Shown here: positions 7,973 to 18,711 of the stretch, in pieces
Layout: each line of letters starts with the position of its first letter
Numbering within the stretch: position 1 is the first letter of the stretch
Source of the DNA: Minisyncoccota bacterium
GTDB taxonomy: Bacteria; Patescibacteriota; Minisyncoccia; Phycocordibacterales; WO2-35-19
Reading direction: 5' to 3'
NCBI GenBank assembly: GCA_036517255.1
Contig: DATDXE010000017.1
Coordinates: 39,599-103,598, forward strand
Length of the DNA: 64,000 bases
Position numbers and translations under genes: made by a program
The notes under the pieces: generated by a model
Database searches by the model: none
Seen by the model: the letters and a program-made list of their open reading frames with translations, nothing else
What the model was told of the DNA's origin: nothing

Positions 7973-10900
7973 ATGCAAAAAACAGCACTACCTAAGAAAT
8001 ATTTCAGTCGCTACAAGAAGCCTCTCGCGCCGATACCTAATCTGGTCAAGGATCAAGTCGATTCTTTCGATTGGTTGGTGAAAGAAGGCCTGAAGGAGGT
8101 TTTCAATGAATTTTCTTCCATCCAAGATTTCTCTGGTAAAAAATTCCAACTCGATTTCACCGATTTTGAGTTGGAGAAGCCTCGCTATGATGAATATTAT
8201 GCTAAGGATAAGAAGCTTTCCTACGAAGCCCCTCTCAAAGTAACCGTCCGCCTCACCAACAAACTGATGAGCACCGTGAAGGACCAGGAAATATTTATGG
8301 CCGATTTTCCTATTATTACCGACCACGGCACTTTTATTATAGGAGGAGTGGAGAGAGTGATTGTGCCTCAACTTACTCGATCTTCCGGAGCGATGTTTAC
8401 CAGTGTAGTCATGAAGGGCCTCAATCTTTTCGGGGCAAAAATTATTCCAGGTAGAGGAGCTTGGATCGAAATCGAAACTGAGGTAGATAAAAGTTTGTTT
8501 GTCCGTATCGATAGAAAAAGGAAGTTCCCAGCCACTGTACTTCTAAGAGCTTTTGGTGCTGAAACTGATACTGATATTTTTGATTTATTTAAAAATAATC
8601 CTGCAGCTAAAGAATATATAGAGAAAACTTTGGCCAAGGATCATGCCAAAACAGTGGATGATTCTTTTATAGAGATACATAGGAGGTTACGTGATGGCGA
8701 TTTGGCGACAGCAGAGAATGCTCGTGAATTTGTCAAAGGCCTATTCGGGGTGGAGCGATATGACCTGTCAAAAGTTGGTCGTTTCCGTTTCAATTCTAGG
8801 TTCGGTAAAACTCTCGGAGGGAAGGAAGCGGATAGGAAAACTCTTTCTCTCGACGATCTCGCTACTATCATAAATCACATCGTCACTCTCAATATTACTC
8901 CAGGTTCTACGCCTGACGATATCGATCACCTTTCTTCTAGGAGAGTGCGTTATGTCGGTGAACTTTTCCAGCAGAAAATCCGTTTTGGTATGGCTCAAAT
9001 CAAGCGTAATATTCAAAATAGGATGTCGACTATCGAAACTGACGTCACTCTTCCAGTACAATTTATTTCGCCTAAGCCGTTGCAGGCTCGTATCAAAGAA
9101 TTTTTTGCTACCAACCAGCTCTCACAATTTATGAGTCAGGAAAATTCCCTGGCTGAAATCGAACATTTACGTACTCTCTCGGCTCTCGGCCCTGGAGGCC
9201 TCAATCGTTCTCGCGCTGGATTCGAAGTGCGCGATGTACATCCTTCGCACTACGGTAGGCTTTGTCCCATCCACACTCCTGAAGGTCCAAACATCGGCCT
9301 AGTACTTCACCTTGCCGCTTATGCTCGTATCAACGAATTTGGCATTATCGAAACTCCTTATGCCAAAGTAAAAAATGGTAAAGTTTCAAGTGATGTGGTT
9401 TACCTCAACGCATTGGAAGATGAAAAATTCAATATCGCTCATGCCGCTACTCCATGTGACGAAGAAGGTAACATTATTCCAGAGACTGTGGAGATACGAC
9501 ATGCAGGTAAGCCGACCCTCTGTCCTAAGAGCAAGGTTGACTATATAGATGTAGCTACTAACCAAGCTTTTTCCGTTGCTACATCCATGATTCCATTCTT
9601 GGAAAATGATGATGCGAACAGGTCACTCATGGGTTCCAACATGCAAAAGCAAGCTGTTACCTGCGTTACTCCTGAAGCACCGCTTGTGGCTACCGGTATG
9701 GAGGCCCCTGCCATGAGGGATACAGGAAGGCTCATTCTTTCCAAAACTGAAGGTACTGTTACCGCTGTCGATGGAAGAAGCATCAAGGTGAAGGATGGCA
9801 AGGGCGAAACTCATGAATACAAACTGATAAACTTTTCCAAAACGAATTCCGCTACCTGTTTCCACCAGAGACCTTCGGTTGATTTGGGTGACAAAGTAAA
9901 AAAGGGCGATGTCCTAGCGGATACTTTGACTAGTCAGAATGGGGAAATGGCTATCGGTCAAAACGTGCTGGTAGCTTTCCTTTCTTGGAGTGGCGCCAAC
10001 TATGAGGATGCAATCATTCTTTCCGAGCGTCTGATCAAAGAAAATAAATTTACTTCGATGCACATCGACGAATTTGTAGTCAGTGTGCGTGATACTAAGC
10101 TTGGTCCTGAAGTTACCACTTGTGATATTCCAAATGTGGGCGAAACCAAACTTCGTAACTTGGCGGAGGACGGTATTATCCGTGTCGGCGCTGAGGTCAG
10201 GCCAGGTGATATTCTTGTCGGTAAGATTACTCCAAAAGGTGAAACTCAACTTACTCCGGAAGAACGCTTGCTCCGATCGCTCTTCGGAGAAAAAGCTCGT
10301 GATGTGAAGGATACTTCCAAGAGGATGGAAGGAGGTAAAAAGGGTAGGGTAATCAGGGTGCAGGTATTTTCTCGAGAACAGGGTGATAAGCTAGACTCTG
10401 GTATTTTGAAAAGAATACATATTGAAATTGCTCAAATAAGAAATGTTTCAGTCGGCGATAAACTTGCAGGTCGACATGGTAACAAGGGAGTCATTTCCAA
10501 AATATTACCAGTCGAGGATATGCCATACATGGCTGATGGTACTCCGATGGATGTCATCCTTACTCCTCTCGGTGTGCCTAGCCGTATGAACTTGGGTCAA
10601 ATTTTAGAACTTCATCTCGGGTTAGCCGCGAACACTTTGAAATATCAAGCTGTCGTACCTCCTTTTTCTGGAGCTACTCATGCTGAAGTAAAGGAAGAAT
10701 TACAGAAGGCGGGATTCAGCGAAACAGGAAAAATCCAACTCTATGATGGTAGGACGGGCATGGCTTTTGAGAAGGAAACAGCTGTCGGTTATATGTATGT
10801 CTTGAAGCTTGACCACATGGTGGAGGACAAAATTCACATGCGTTCCATCGGGCCTTACTCTCTTATTACCCAACAGCCTCTTGGTGGTAAGGCTCAGGGC

Positions 10901-11143
10901 GGAGGCCAGAGGTTTGGAGAAATGGAGGTCTGGGCACTCTTGGGTCATGGTGCTGCTTATGTCCTGCGAGAAATGCTCACTATTAAGTCCGACGATATCG
11001 TAGGTAGGAGCGCCGCTTTCGATTCCATCGTCAAGGGAGAGAGGATAAGTGAGTCCAATATCCCAGCTTCCTTCAATGTGCTGATAAACAATCTTCGTGG
11101 CCTGGCTCTCGACGTCGACATGATAAAGGAAATTCAAAATTAA
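7973..11143 (+). CDS. rpoB: DNA-directed RNA polymerase subunit beta
   Basis: 1056 aa; conserved RpoB blocks throughout (e.g. …GGVERVIVPQL…, …NMQKQAV…, …GRHGNKGVISKI…). Confidence 0.95.
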   Translation: MQKTALPKKYFSRYKKPLAPIPNLVKDQVDSFDWLVKEGLKEVFNEFSSIQDFSGKKFQLDFTDFELEKPRYDEYYAKDKKLSYEAPLKVTVRLTNKLMSTVKDQEIFMADFPIITDHGTFIIGGVERVIVPQLTRSSGAMFTSVVMKGLNLFGAKIIPGRGAWIEIETEVDKSLFVRIDRKRKFPATVLLRAFGAETDTDIFDLFKNNPAAKEYIEKTLAKDHAKTVDDSFIEIHRRLRDGDLATAENAREFVKGLFGVERYDLSKVGRFRFNSRFGKTLGGKEADRKTLSLDDLATIINHIVTLNITPGSTPDDIDHLSSRRVRYVGELFQQKIRFGMAQIKRNIQNRMSTIETDVTLPVQFISPKPLQARIKEFFATNQLSQFMSQENSLAEIEHLRTLSALGPGGLNRSRAGFEVRDVHPSHYGRLCPIHTPEGPNIGLVLHLAAYARINEFGIIETPYAKVKNGKVSSDVVYLNALEDEKFNIAHAATPCDEEGNIIPETVEIRHAGKPTLCPKSKVDYIDVATNQAFSVATSMIPFLENDDANRSLMGSNMQKQAVTCVTPEAPLVATGMEAPAMRDTGRLILSKTEGTVTAVDGRSIKVKDGKGETHEYKLINFSKTNSATCFHQRPSVDLGDKVKKGDVLADTLTSQNGEMAIGQNVLVAFLSWSGANYEDAIILSERLIKENKFTSMHIDEFVVSVRDTKLGPEVTTCDIPNVGETKLRNLAEDGIIRVGAEVRPGDILVGKITPKGETQLTPEERLLRSLFGEKARDVKDTSKRMEGGKKGRVIRVQVFSREQGDKLDSGILKRIHIEIAQIRNVSVGDKLAGRHGNKGVISKILPVEDMPYMADGTPMDVILTPLGVPSRMNLGQILELHLGLAANTLKYQAVVPPFSGATHAEVKEELQKAGFSETGKIQLYDGRTGMAFEKETAVGYMYVLKLDHMVEDKIHMRSIGPYSLITQQPLGGKAQGGGQRFGEMEVWALLGHGAAYVLREMLTIKSDDIVGRSAAFDSIVKGERISESNIPASFNVLINNLRGLALDVDMIKEIQN

Positions 11144-11152
11144 TTAAAATTT

Positions 11153-14100
11153 ATGAGACCAAATCAATCACAAGAGGCAAATAATTTCGAAGCTATGAAA
11201 ATAGCTCTCGCTTCGCCGGAGCGTATCAAGGAGTGGTCGTTCGGTGAGGTCACCAAGCCTGAAACCATCAACTATCGCACCCAAAGGAGCGAGCGCAGTG
11301 GTCTTTTCGACGAGAAAATATTCGGTCCGGACAAGGATTTTGAATGTTACTGTGGAAAATATCGCGGCATCCGCTACAAAGGCATTGTCTGTGAAAAATG
11401 TGGTGTTGAAATCACTCGCTCGATTGTGCGCCGTGAAAGGATGGGCCACATCGAGCTTGCTGCTCCCGTCTCTCATGTTTGGTTTCTCAAATCGATGCCA
11501 TCGAGGATTTCTCTTATTCTCGGCATTCCTGCACAAGACATAGAGAAGGTGGTTTATTTTGCTGGTTATATCATCACTCGTGTTTCTGCTGAAGAAAAAG
11601 CTGGTATCTTGCGCGATCTCGATTCAGAATACAAATCCAAATCAAAACAACTAAATGAGGAAAAAGCTAAGGAATCTTTGAAAGAAAGGCTTCTCGCTAC
11701 CAAGAAGGAAATCGAAAGCTTGGTTGAAGGTAAAGTCTTGGACGAAGTCGAATATCACAAATATTCAGTGAAGTACGGTACTCTTTTCGAAGCTCAAATA
11801 GGTGCTGAAGCCATTTTCGATATTTTCAAGAAAATAGATATGGTTAAATTGGAGAAGAAGTTACTCGAAGAATACGAAAAAGCTGGAGCTATGGAATCAG
11901 CCAAAATTGCCAAGCGGCTTTCCACTATTCAGGCCATGATCAAATCAGGAGTGCGTCCAGAATGGATGTTCCTTACCCGTATTCCAGTTATTCCTCCGGC
12001 TCTTCGCCCGATGGTGCCTCTTGATGGTGGCAGGTATGCTACAAGCGATGTTAATGACTTATATAGGAGAGTAATCAATCGCAACAACCGATTGAAAAAA
12101 TTGAAGGAGATCCATGCTCCAGATGTTATTTTGCGTAATGAAAAAAGAATTTTGCAAGAAGCTGTGGACGCTCTGCTCGACAACTCCATCCGTCATGGTT
12201 CTCAAAGTGGAGCTACTGCAGGTATCCAGACAAAAGCTAGAGCTTTGAAATCGCTCTCTGATAACCTCAAAGGTAAAAAAGGCCTTTTCCGTCTGAACCT
12301 TTTGGGTAAACGCGTCGATTATTCTGGTCGTTCGGTTATCGTCGTTGGTCCCGACCTCAAATTACATCAGTGTGGTTTGCCGAAGTATATGGCTCTCGAA
12401 CTCTTCAGACCTTTTATTATTTCCGAACTTATCAAGAAGGAGCTGGCTTACAACGTACGTGGAGCCGGGCGACTTATCGATGAAGCTCTGCCTGAGGTTT
12501 GGGCTATTCTTGAAGAGGTAATCAAGGGTAAATATGTACTCTTGAACCGAGCTCCTACTCTTCACCGATTGGGCATCCAAGCTTTCCAGCCGATTCTGGT
12601 TGAGGGAAGTGCTATTCAGGTGCACCCTCTTACTTGTAATGCTTTTAATGCCGATTTCGATGGCGACACTATGTCAGTCCATGTTCCTCTTTCTGAAGAG
12701 GCACAGATGGAAGCCAAGGAAATCATGGCCGCCAATAAAAACATCTTGAAGCCGGGAAGCGGCGATCCTACTATTTCGAACAAACCCCTCGATATTATTC
12801 TGGGTTGTTATTGGATGACAAAAGACGTATCGGGAGAAAAAGGGGAGAACATGATTTTTGAGGATCCAAACAGTGCCATCATTGCTTACAACTTCAGTGC
12901 TGTTAGTTTACGCGCTAAGATTAAAGTTCTAGGCAACGATTCTCTGAAGTACGCACAATTCGGAGGTAAGATTTTCGAAACTACCATTGGTAAAATCCTC
13001 TTCAACTTCGTATTGCCTCCAGATTATCCTTTTGTCAACTATGAAGTAACTAAGAAGAAATTAGTTCAGCTTGTCGACGATCTTACTAAAATTTATGGCA
13101 TAGGATCTGTACCGGCCATCATGGATAAAATAAAAGAATTTGGTTTTCGTTACGCTACTGTTTCTGGTACTACTTGGGCCATGTACGACATCAATGTGCC
13201 GGAGGAAAAGCACGCTGTTATTGAAGGGGCTTTGAAGAAAGTGGAGGAAGTTTCTAATCAGTACGATCAAGGTTTGGTTTCGGAAGAAGAGAAGAAAATA
13301 AAAAATATTGAAATTTGGACAGCCGCTAAAGACGATATTGAGAAGAAAGTGCAGGATTCGCTTGATAAAACAGGCTCTGTTTACGATCTAGTCAATTCTG
13401 GAGCCAGAGGTTCCTTCGGACAGCTTACTCAGATGATTGGTATGAAAGGACTTATCGTGAACACTGCTGGAGAAACTATCGATTTTCCTATCACTTCTTC
13501 TTACAAAGAAGGCCTGACTCCGCTTGAATACTTCATCACTACTCACGGTGCTCGTAAGGGTATGACGGACACGGCTCTCAATACCGCTAAAGCCGGTTAT
13601 CTCACGAGGAGACTTTTCGATGTAGCCCAGGATGCTATTGTTTTGGAAGAGGACTGTAAAACCAAAGAGGGTATTATAATTAGTCGAGAAACCTCTGCAG
13701 GTATGGAAGTATCTCTCTCTAAACTGGTCAAGGGCCGCTACCTTTCACATGATGTTCTCGATAAAGAGGGTAAAACTCTGTTTGAAAGGAATCATTATTT
13801 AACTAAGGAAGATGCGAAGGCGATAGAAGACGCGGGAGTAGAGAGTGTTACCGTCCGTTCTCCTCTTACTTGCAAAACTTTAAGTGGCGTTTGTATCTAT
13901 TGCTACGGCTCTGATCTCGGTCGCGATGAGGTTATAGATATTGGTGAAGCTATCGGTACTGTGGCTGCTCAGGCGATCGGCGAGCCTGGTACTCAGCTGA
14001 CGATGAGGACCTTCCATGCTGGAGGTACCGCATCTGTCGGAGGCGACATTACTCAAGGTTTGCCTCGTGTTGAGGAAATTTTCGAAAATCGTACTCCTAA

Positions 14101-14812
14101 AAATCCTGCCCTAGTCTCACATATCGATGGTATCGTGTCCGAGATAAAGAGTGACGGTAAAGACAGAACCATAATACTGGCTTCTTCAGGGGCAGAAAAA
14201 AGTAAAGCTAAATCAAATCTTGAATATGCCGTAAACTTCAACCGCGTTATCTTGGTGAAGCAAGGGGATGAAATAAAGAAAGGTGATGTTATGACTGATG
14301 GTTCCATTGATCTTGATGAATTGTTCAAGTATGCCGGTAAGGAAGCTACCCAGAATTACATCATCGATGAAATTACCAAAATTTATGAGCTTCAGGGAGA
14401 GCCAGTTTCTAGGAAACATATAGAAGTTATCATAAGGCAAATGTTTAGCCGTCGTAAAATCAAGAGCCCAGGCGATACCACCTTCTCTTCAAGTGATGTT
14501 ATTCCTCTTTCTGAAGTGGAAAAAGTAAATAATGTCATGAAGGAGCAGAATAAAGAAGAAGCCAAGACGGAGGCTGTCTTGCTTGGGATATCAGAGGTTT
14601 CTTTGACTAGGACTAGTTTCCTCTCATCCGCTTCCTTTGAGCGCACCACCAGGTCTCTTATCACCAACTCACTTCGTGGAGCCGTGGACAACCTTACCGG
14701 CCTCAAGGAAAATGTCATCATCGGCCGTGTCATCCCTGCTGGTACCGGTTTCCCAGGTAGCCGCAAGTTCAAGATGATACAAGAATTGCAGGAGAAGTTG
14801 GATAGAAGATAA
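11153..14812 (+). CDS. rpoC: DNA-directed RNA polymerase subunit beta'
   Basis: 1219 aa; Zn-finger CYCGKYRGIRYKGIVCEKCGVE, catalytic NADFDGD motif, immediately downstream of rpoB. Confidence 0.95.
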   Translation: MRPNQSQEANNFEAMKIALASPERIKEWSFGEVTKPETINYRTQRSERSGLFDEKIFGPDKDFECYCGKYRGIRYKGIVCEKCGVEITRSIVRRERMGHIELAAPVSHVWFLKSMPSRISLILGIPAQDIEKVVYFAGYIITRVSAEEKAGILRDLDSEYKSKSKQLNEEKAKESLKERLLATKKEIESLVEGKVLDEVEYHKYSVKYGTLFEAQIGAEAIFDIFKKIDMVKLEKKLLEEYEKAGAMESAKIAKRLSTIQAMIKSGVRPEWMFLTRIPVIPPALRPMVPLDGGRYATSDVNDLYRRVINRNNRLKKLKEIHAPDVILRNEKRILQEAVDALLDNSIRHGSQSGATAGIQTKARALKSLSDNLKGKKGLFRLNLLGKRVDYSGRSVIVVGPDLKLHQCGLPKYMALELFRPFIISELIKKELAYNVRGAGRLIDEALPEVWAILEEVIKGKYVLLNRAPTLHRLGIQAFQPILVEGSAIQVHPLTCNAFNADFDGDTMSVHVPLSEEAQMEAKEIMAANKNILKPGSGDPTISNKPLDIILGCYWMTKDVSGEKGENMIFEDPNSAIIAYNFSAVSLRAKIKVLGNDSLKYAQFGGKIFETTIGKILFNFVLPPDYPFVNYEVTKKKLVQLVDDLTKIYGIGSVPAIMDKIKEFGFRYATVSGTTWAMYDINVPEEKHAVIEGALKKVEEVSNQYDQGLVSEEEKKIKNIEIWTAAKDDIEKKVQDSLDKTGSVYDLVNSGARGSFGQLTQMIGMKGLIVNTAGETIDFPITSSYKEGLTPLEYFITTHGARKGMTDTALNTAKAGYLTRRLFDVAQDAIVLEEDCKTKEGIIISRETSAGMEVSLSKLVKGRYLSHDVLDKEGKTLFERNHYLTKEDAKAIEDAGVESVTVRSPLTCKTLSGVCIYCYGSDLGRDEVIDIGEAIGTVAAQAIGEPGTQLTMRTFHAGGTASVGGDITQGLPRVEEIFENRTPKNPALVSHIDGIVSEIKSDGKDRTIILASSGAEKSKAKSNLEYAVNFNRVILVKQGDEIKKGDVMTDGSIDLDELFKYAGKEATQNYIIDEITKIYELQGEPVSRKHIEVIIRQMFSRRKIKSPGDTTFSSSDVIPLSEVEKVNNVMKEQNKEEAKTEAVLLGISEVSLTRTSFLSSASFERTTRSLITNSLRGAVDNLTGLKENVIIGRVIPAGTGFPGSRKFKMIQELQEKLDRR

Positions 14813-14815
14813 TTA

Positions 14816-14852
14816 ATTGAAAGATGGAAAAAAGGAAAGATGGAAAGATTTG
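14816..14852. repeat. Left arm of imperfect inverted repeat (GAAAGATGGAAAAAAGGAAAGATGGAAAGATT) flanking a two-gene cassette
   Basis: Reverse complement of 15683-15716 is GGAAAGATTTAAAAATGGAAAAATGGAAAGATT; shared …ATGGAAAGATT ends. Confidence 0.35.
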
Positions 14853-14874
14853 GGGAGGGGGAAATTAAAAGATT

Positions 14875-15249
14875 ATGGTTTACAAAAGATTCGAGGAGAT
14901 AAAAGTGTGGGATGAATCGAGAAACTTTGTAAATGACATATACAATCTTTTCAGAACCCATCAAAAGCTTAGCAAAGACTATTCTCTAGTGGATCAACTA
15001 AAAAGAGCCTCATACTCTATAATGCTCAATATTGCTGAAGGCTTTGAGAGAGGATCAAATAAAGAGTTTGCTAACTTCCTTAATATTGCTAAGGGTTCTG
15101 CTGGCGAAGTTCGCTCGATTCTCTATATTTTGAAAGATAATCAGTATATAAACGAAAGTGAATTTGAGAATCTTTGTTTGAAGGTCGAAAATATTTCCAC
15201 CCAGCTTTCAAACTTCAGAAAATTCTTGATTGCTAATATAAAAAAATAA
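14875..15249 (+). CDS. Four-helix-bundle protein (TIGR02436, the so-called 23S rRNA intervening-sequence protein family; Avd-like fold)
   Basis: 124 aa; …YSLVDQLKRASYSIMLNIAEGFERGSNKEFANFLNIAKGSAGEVRSILYI… family signature; strong RBS GGGGAGGGGG. Confidence 0.7.
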   Translation: MVYKRFEEIKVWDESRNFVNDIYNLFRTHQKLSKDYSLVDQLKRASYSIMLNIAEGFERGSNKEFANFLNIAKGSAGEVRSILYILKDNQYINESEFENLCLKVENISTQLSNFRKFLIANIKK

Positions 15250-15250
15250 A

Positions 15251-15682
15251 ATGGAAGCAGTTGGAAAAACAAATACCCCATTCATATATCCTTCTGTCGA
15301 AAAAGAGATTGGAGAAATCGAGAGAGTGGCTAGAGAATTGAATTTAGGAAAGTCCTTCGCCAATGATTTTTTAGAGAGATCCAAACATACAGAACTTGTA
15401 GAACTATCTGAGAATGATTGGTCAAGGCTAGAAAATACAGACTCGTTTGTTATTTCTGTTGGTGATTGGGATTCTGTAGCGAAAAATACCCTCGCCGGTC
15501 GGCTGGAAAATCCACGTAATTCAGAATTATTGAAGTCAAAAATTGAATCTGGGGTAGTTCTCGATGCTCCTATTGTTGTAAAGATAGGAGATGTGTTGCA
15601 TTTAGTTAGTGGCAATACACGTCTTATGGTAGCAAGAGCTTTGGGAATTAGACCGAAGGTATTGATTGTGGACATGAACTAA
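15251..15682 (+). CDS. Hypothetical protein with C-terminal ParB/sulfiredoxin-like (ParBc nuclease-fold) region
   Basis: 143 aa; …PIVVKIGDVLHLVSGNTRLMVARALGIRPKVLIV… resembles the ParB N-terminal GxRR-type block but with GNTR. Confidence 0.4.
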   Translation: MEAVGKTNTPFIYPSVEKEIGEIERVARELNLGKSFANDFLERSKHTELVELSENDWSRLENTDSFVISVGDWDSVAKNTLAGRLENPRNSELLKSKIESGVVLDAPIVVKIGDVLHLVSGNTRLMVARALGIRPKVLIVDMN

Positions 15683-15716
15683 TTTAATCTTTCCATTTTT
15701 CCATTTTTAAATCTTT
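15683..15716. repeat. Right arm of the imperfect inverted repeat flanking the cassette
   Basis: See 14816-14852. Confidence 0.35.
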
Positions 15717-15720
15717 CCTT

Positions 15721-17427
15721 ATGACTTCCTCCCCCGTAGAACAAATAAAAGATCGGCTCGATGTGGTCGAGGTTCTTGGGTCGTATATAAAACTAGATAA
15801 GGCTGGTAGAAACTATAAAGCTCGTTGCCCTTTCCACAATGAAAAGACACCCTCTTTTATCGTCTCTCCCGAAAGGCAGTCCTTCTACTGTTTTGGTTGT
15901 CAGGCTAAGGGTGATATGTTCGAATTTGTCCAAAAGTTTGAAGGTCTTGATTTTAGGGAAACTCTGAAGCTCCTCGCGGAAAAAGCTGGAGTAGAACTCA
16001 AAAATTATGACAACCACGCTCATGGTGAAGAGAAGAATAGAAAAGAAAAAATAATCGAAGTTCTTGATGCAGCTACTACTTTGTATGAAAATCTTTTGGC
16101 CAGTGGAAATCGTGTGTCCACAGAAATAATGCGTTATTTAGAGGCCAGGGGGATTAAAAAAGAAACTATAAAGAAATGGCGAATCGGATGGGCTCCAGAA
16201 GGGTGGAGAACAGCGCTCACTGGTCTAGGAGAAATGGGATTTAAAGAAAAAGAATTATTAGAGGCAGGATTGATCAAAAAAACTGAAGATGGAAGCAAAA
16301 CATACGATGTATTTCGAGGCCGAATCATGTTTCCCATCTTTGATCCGAGTGGGGAGGTGATCGCTTTCTCCGGGCGCATCTATAATGATCTCGGCAATTC
16401 TCCTAAATATGTCAATACTCCCGAAACTTTAGTTTTCAAAAAATCTGATGTGCTTTATGGTTTACACGAAGCTAAAAGCGAAATACGTCGGCTCGACTAT
16501 ACTGTATTAGTCGAGGGCCAGGTAGACTTAGTTCTCTCACATCAGGCTGGAGTGCGTAATACTGTCGCCAGTTCGGGCACTGCCCTCACGGAATCCCATT
16601 TGAAGCGGATTCAGAAATTGTCGAACCGTTGTATTATCGCCTACGACAGCGATCCCGCTGGTCGGAGTGCCGCCAAAAGGAGTGGCGAGCTTGCTCTTTC
16701 TCTTGGTATGGAAGTAAAAATTGCTTCTCTGCCTGACGGGGAAGATCCGGGCGATGTTATCTTGAAATCGGGAGATAAGTGGAAAGAGCTCTTGAAATCA
16801 TCCGTTAATCTGGTAGAATTCGTAATCGACGAAGCGGTACGGAAAAATAAAAAAATTGGTGAACTCCCACGTGAGTTCAATAAGTCCGTAATACCACTTC
16901 TATCTTTGATTCAAAGCGAGATGGCCCGCTCTGAATTTGTAACTCTTTCTGCTCGCAAGACTGGCTTGCCAGAGAGTAGTATTTTGGGAGATTTAAAAAA
17001 ATTTTCTAGTAAGGCCTTACTCTCAAATAATGAGAGAGAGCAAAATAAAGAAACTTCGGTTGAGCCGTTTGTCCTTACTCCGGAAGAAATGCTTGCTGGT
17101 ATTATCGTTGGTTCTCTTCTTCCAGAAAAAAATCAGGAAGAAATCAGAGAACGGTTTAAGGAAATGTTGGGAGAAGAATTTTTTCGGGAGCTTGTCGAAA
17201 ATTCAAGATTCGACAAGGATACTCTCATCTTTGAAACTGAGGCTCGTTTCGATGGGTTTGATATAAGCGAAGTTGCTCAGGAGTTACTTACAAGGATAGA
17301 AAAAAGCATTCTACTACGACGTCTTTCTGGATTGGGTAGAGAGCTTGATAATGTCGAGAGTGATTCGGAAAGGGATAAATTAAAAGAGGAGGCGCTCTCT
17401 GTTTCAAAAAGACTTTCTAATATTTAA
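15721..17427 (+). CDS. dnaG: DNA primase
   Basis: 568 aa; Zn-binding CPFHNEKTPSF…CFGC, TOPRIM region; no Shine-Dalgarno upstream. Confidence 0.9.
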   Translation: MTSSPVEQIKDRLDVVEVLGSYIKLDKAGRNYKARCPFHNEKTPSFIVSPERQSFYCFGCQAKGDMFEFVQKFEGLDFRETLKLLAEKAGVELKNYDNHAHGEEKNRKEKIIEVLDAATTLYENLLASGNRVSTEIMRYLEARGIKKETIKKWRIGWAPEGWRTALTGLGEMGFKEKELLEAGLIKKTEDGSKTYDVFRGRIMFPIFDPSGEVIAFSGRIYNDLGNSPKYVNTPETLVFKKSDVLYGLHEAKSEIRRLDYTVLVEGQVDLVLSHQAGVRNTVASSGTALTESHLKRIQKLSNRCIIAYDSDPAGRSAAKRSGELALSLGMEVKIASLPDGEDPGDVILKSGDKWKELLKSSVNLVEFVIDEAVRKNKKIGELPREFNKSVIPLLSLIQSEMARSEFVTLSARKTGLPESSILGDLKKFSSKALLSNNEREQNKETSVEPFVLTPEEMLAGIIVGSLLPEKNQEEIRERFKEMLGEEFFRELVENSRFDKDTLIFETEARFDGFDISEVAQELLTRIEKSILLRRLSGLGRELDNVESDSERDKLKEEALSVSKRLSNI

Positions 17428-17459
17428 ATTAAAAATTAATTCATTCTTCGAAAAACCAG

Positions 17460-18671
17460 ATGTCAAAAAAAATAGCTAAAACTAAAAAATATAAAAAACT
17501 AAAAACAGCTCGCTTGAAAAAGGTGGTGAAGAAGCCTGCAAAAAAAGCCATAAAGAAAGAGGTAAAATCAAAGAAGCTTAAAAAAGAAGCTCCAGCTCAA
17601 AAGGCAAAGAAGTCAGCTATGGATGCCGGTGCTCTTCGCCTCATAGCCAAAGGTAAGGATAGAGGCTTCATTACCTACGATGAAATATTAAAAGAATTTC
17701 CAACTGTCGAGAATGATGTCATTTTTCTGGAAGGATTGTATGAAAAACTTTCAGGTTCAGGTATCGATGTGCTCGAAGGAGGCGGTCTTTTGGATGAATC
17801 GGCCTCAAACAAAACTCTCGATTATGTAAAAGAAGATGGTACTTATGATTCTATACAGATGTATTTGAAAGAAATTGGTCAACACCAACTCATTACTGGA
17901 GCTATGGAAAAAGAGCTGGCTAAAAGAATTGCTCTTGGCGATCTCGAGGCTAAAAATCTTTTAGCTCGTGCCAACCTGCGACTAGTAGTTTCTATCGCCA
18001 AAAAATATATTGGCCGTTCTGCCGACCTTACTCTCCTCGATCTTATCCAGGAAGGGAACCTGGGGCTTTTCAAAGCGGTTGATAAATTCGATTGGACCAA
18101 GGGTTATAAATTTTCCACCTATGCTACTTGGTGGATTCGACAGGCTATTACTCGTGCTCTTGCCGATCAATCACGCACTATCCGTGTGCCGGTGCATATG
18201 GTTGAAACTATTGCTAAATATAAGCAGGTAGTGAGGAGGCTTTCTCAAGATTTGGGTCGCGATCCACTAGCTGAGGAAATTGCGCTGGAAATGAATATCG
18301 AACCGGAGAAGGTCTATATGATCGAAAAAATCGATCAAGCCACTGTATCCCTTGAGACTCCAGTAGGGGATGAGGAAGACAAGTCGACTTTAGGAGACTT
18401 CATGGCTGATGATAAAATACTTTCTCCTGATCAGGAATCCAATCGTCGCATTATTCGTGACCAACTGATGGAAATTCTAGCCGAGCTTCCGGAAAAAGAG
18501 AGGAGAATTATAGAAATGAGGAACGGCTTAGCCGATGGCATCTATCATACTTTGGAAGATGTGGGTAAAGAGTTTGGGGTTACTCGTGAACGTATCCGTC
18601 AAATCGAAGCCAAAGCTCTGGAAAAAATGCGTCAGCATGAAAAGGCAAACCGTCTTCAGAATTATTTATAA
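17460..18671 (+). CDS. rpoD: RNA polymerase sigma-70 factor with lysine-rich N-terminal tail
   Basis: 403 aa; regions 2-4 (…[40 protein letters not shown]…; …[24 protein letters not shown]…). Confidence 0.9.
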   Translation: MSKKIAKTKKYKKLKTARLKKVVKKPAKKAIKKEVKSKKLKKEAPAQKAKKSAMDAGALRLIAKGKDRGFITYDEILKEFPTVENDVIFLEGLYEKLSGSGIDVLEGGGLLDESASNKTLDYVKEDGTYDSIQMYLKEIGQHQLITGAMEKELAKRIALGDLEAKNLLARANLRLVVSIAKKYIGRSADLTLLDLIQEGNLGLFKAVDKFDWTKGYKFSTYATWWIRQAITRALADQSRTIRVPVHMVETIAKYKQVVRRLSQDLGRDPLAEEIALEMNIEPEKVYMIEKIDQATVSLETPVGDEEDKSTLGDFMADDKILSPDQESNRRIIRDQLMEILAELPEKERRIIEMRNGLADGIYHTLEDVGKEFGVTRERIRQIEAKALEKMRQHEKANRLQNYL

Positions 18672-18679
18672 AAAGTGAT

Positions 18680-18708
18680 AGCGGGCGGGCCTTGAGGGTC
18701 CGCCCGCT
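18680..18708. terminator. GC-rich hairpin AGCGGGCGGGCC-ttgagg-GTCCGCCCGCT between convergent rpoD and the minus-strand gene
   Basis: 11-bp stem read directly; belongs to the CCCGCCCG palindrome family. Confidence 0.6.
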
Positions 18709-18711
18709 GTG

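Noticed and set aside
7988-11137. Many 60-150-aa minus-strand ORFs inside rpoB and rpoC (e.g. 7988-8371, 8368-8637, 9914-10249, 10700-11137, 14392-14964)
   Set aside because: They lie antisense within two of the best-conserved bacterial genes, lack start signals, and translate to low-complexity sequence; they are overlapping-frame artefacts.
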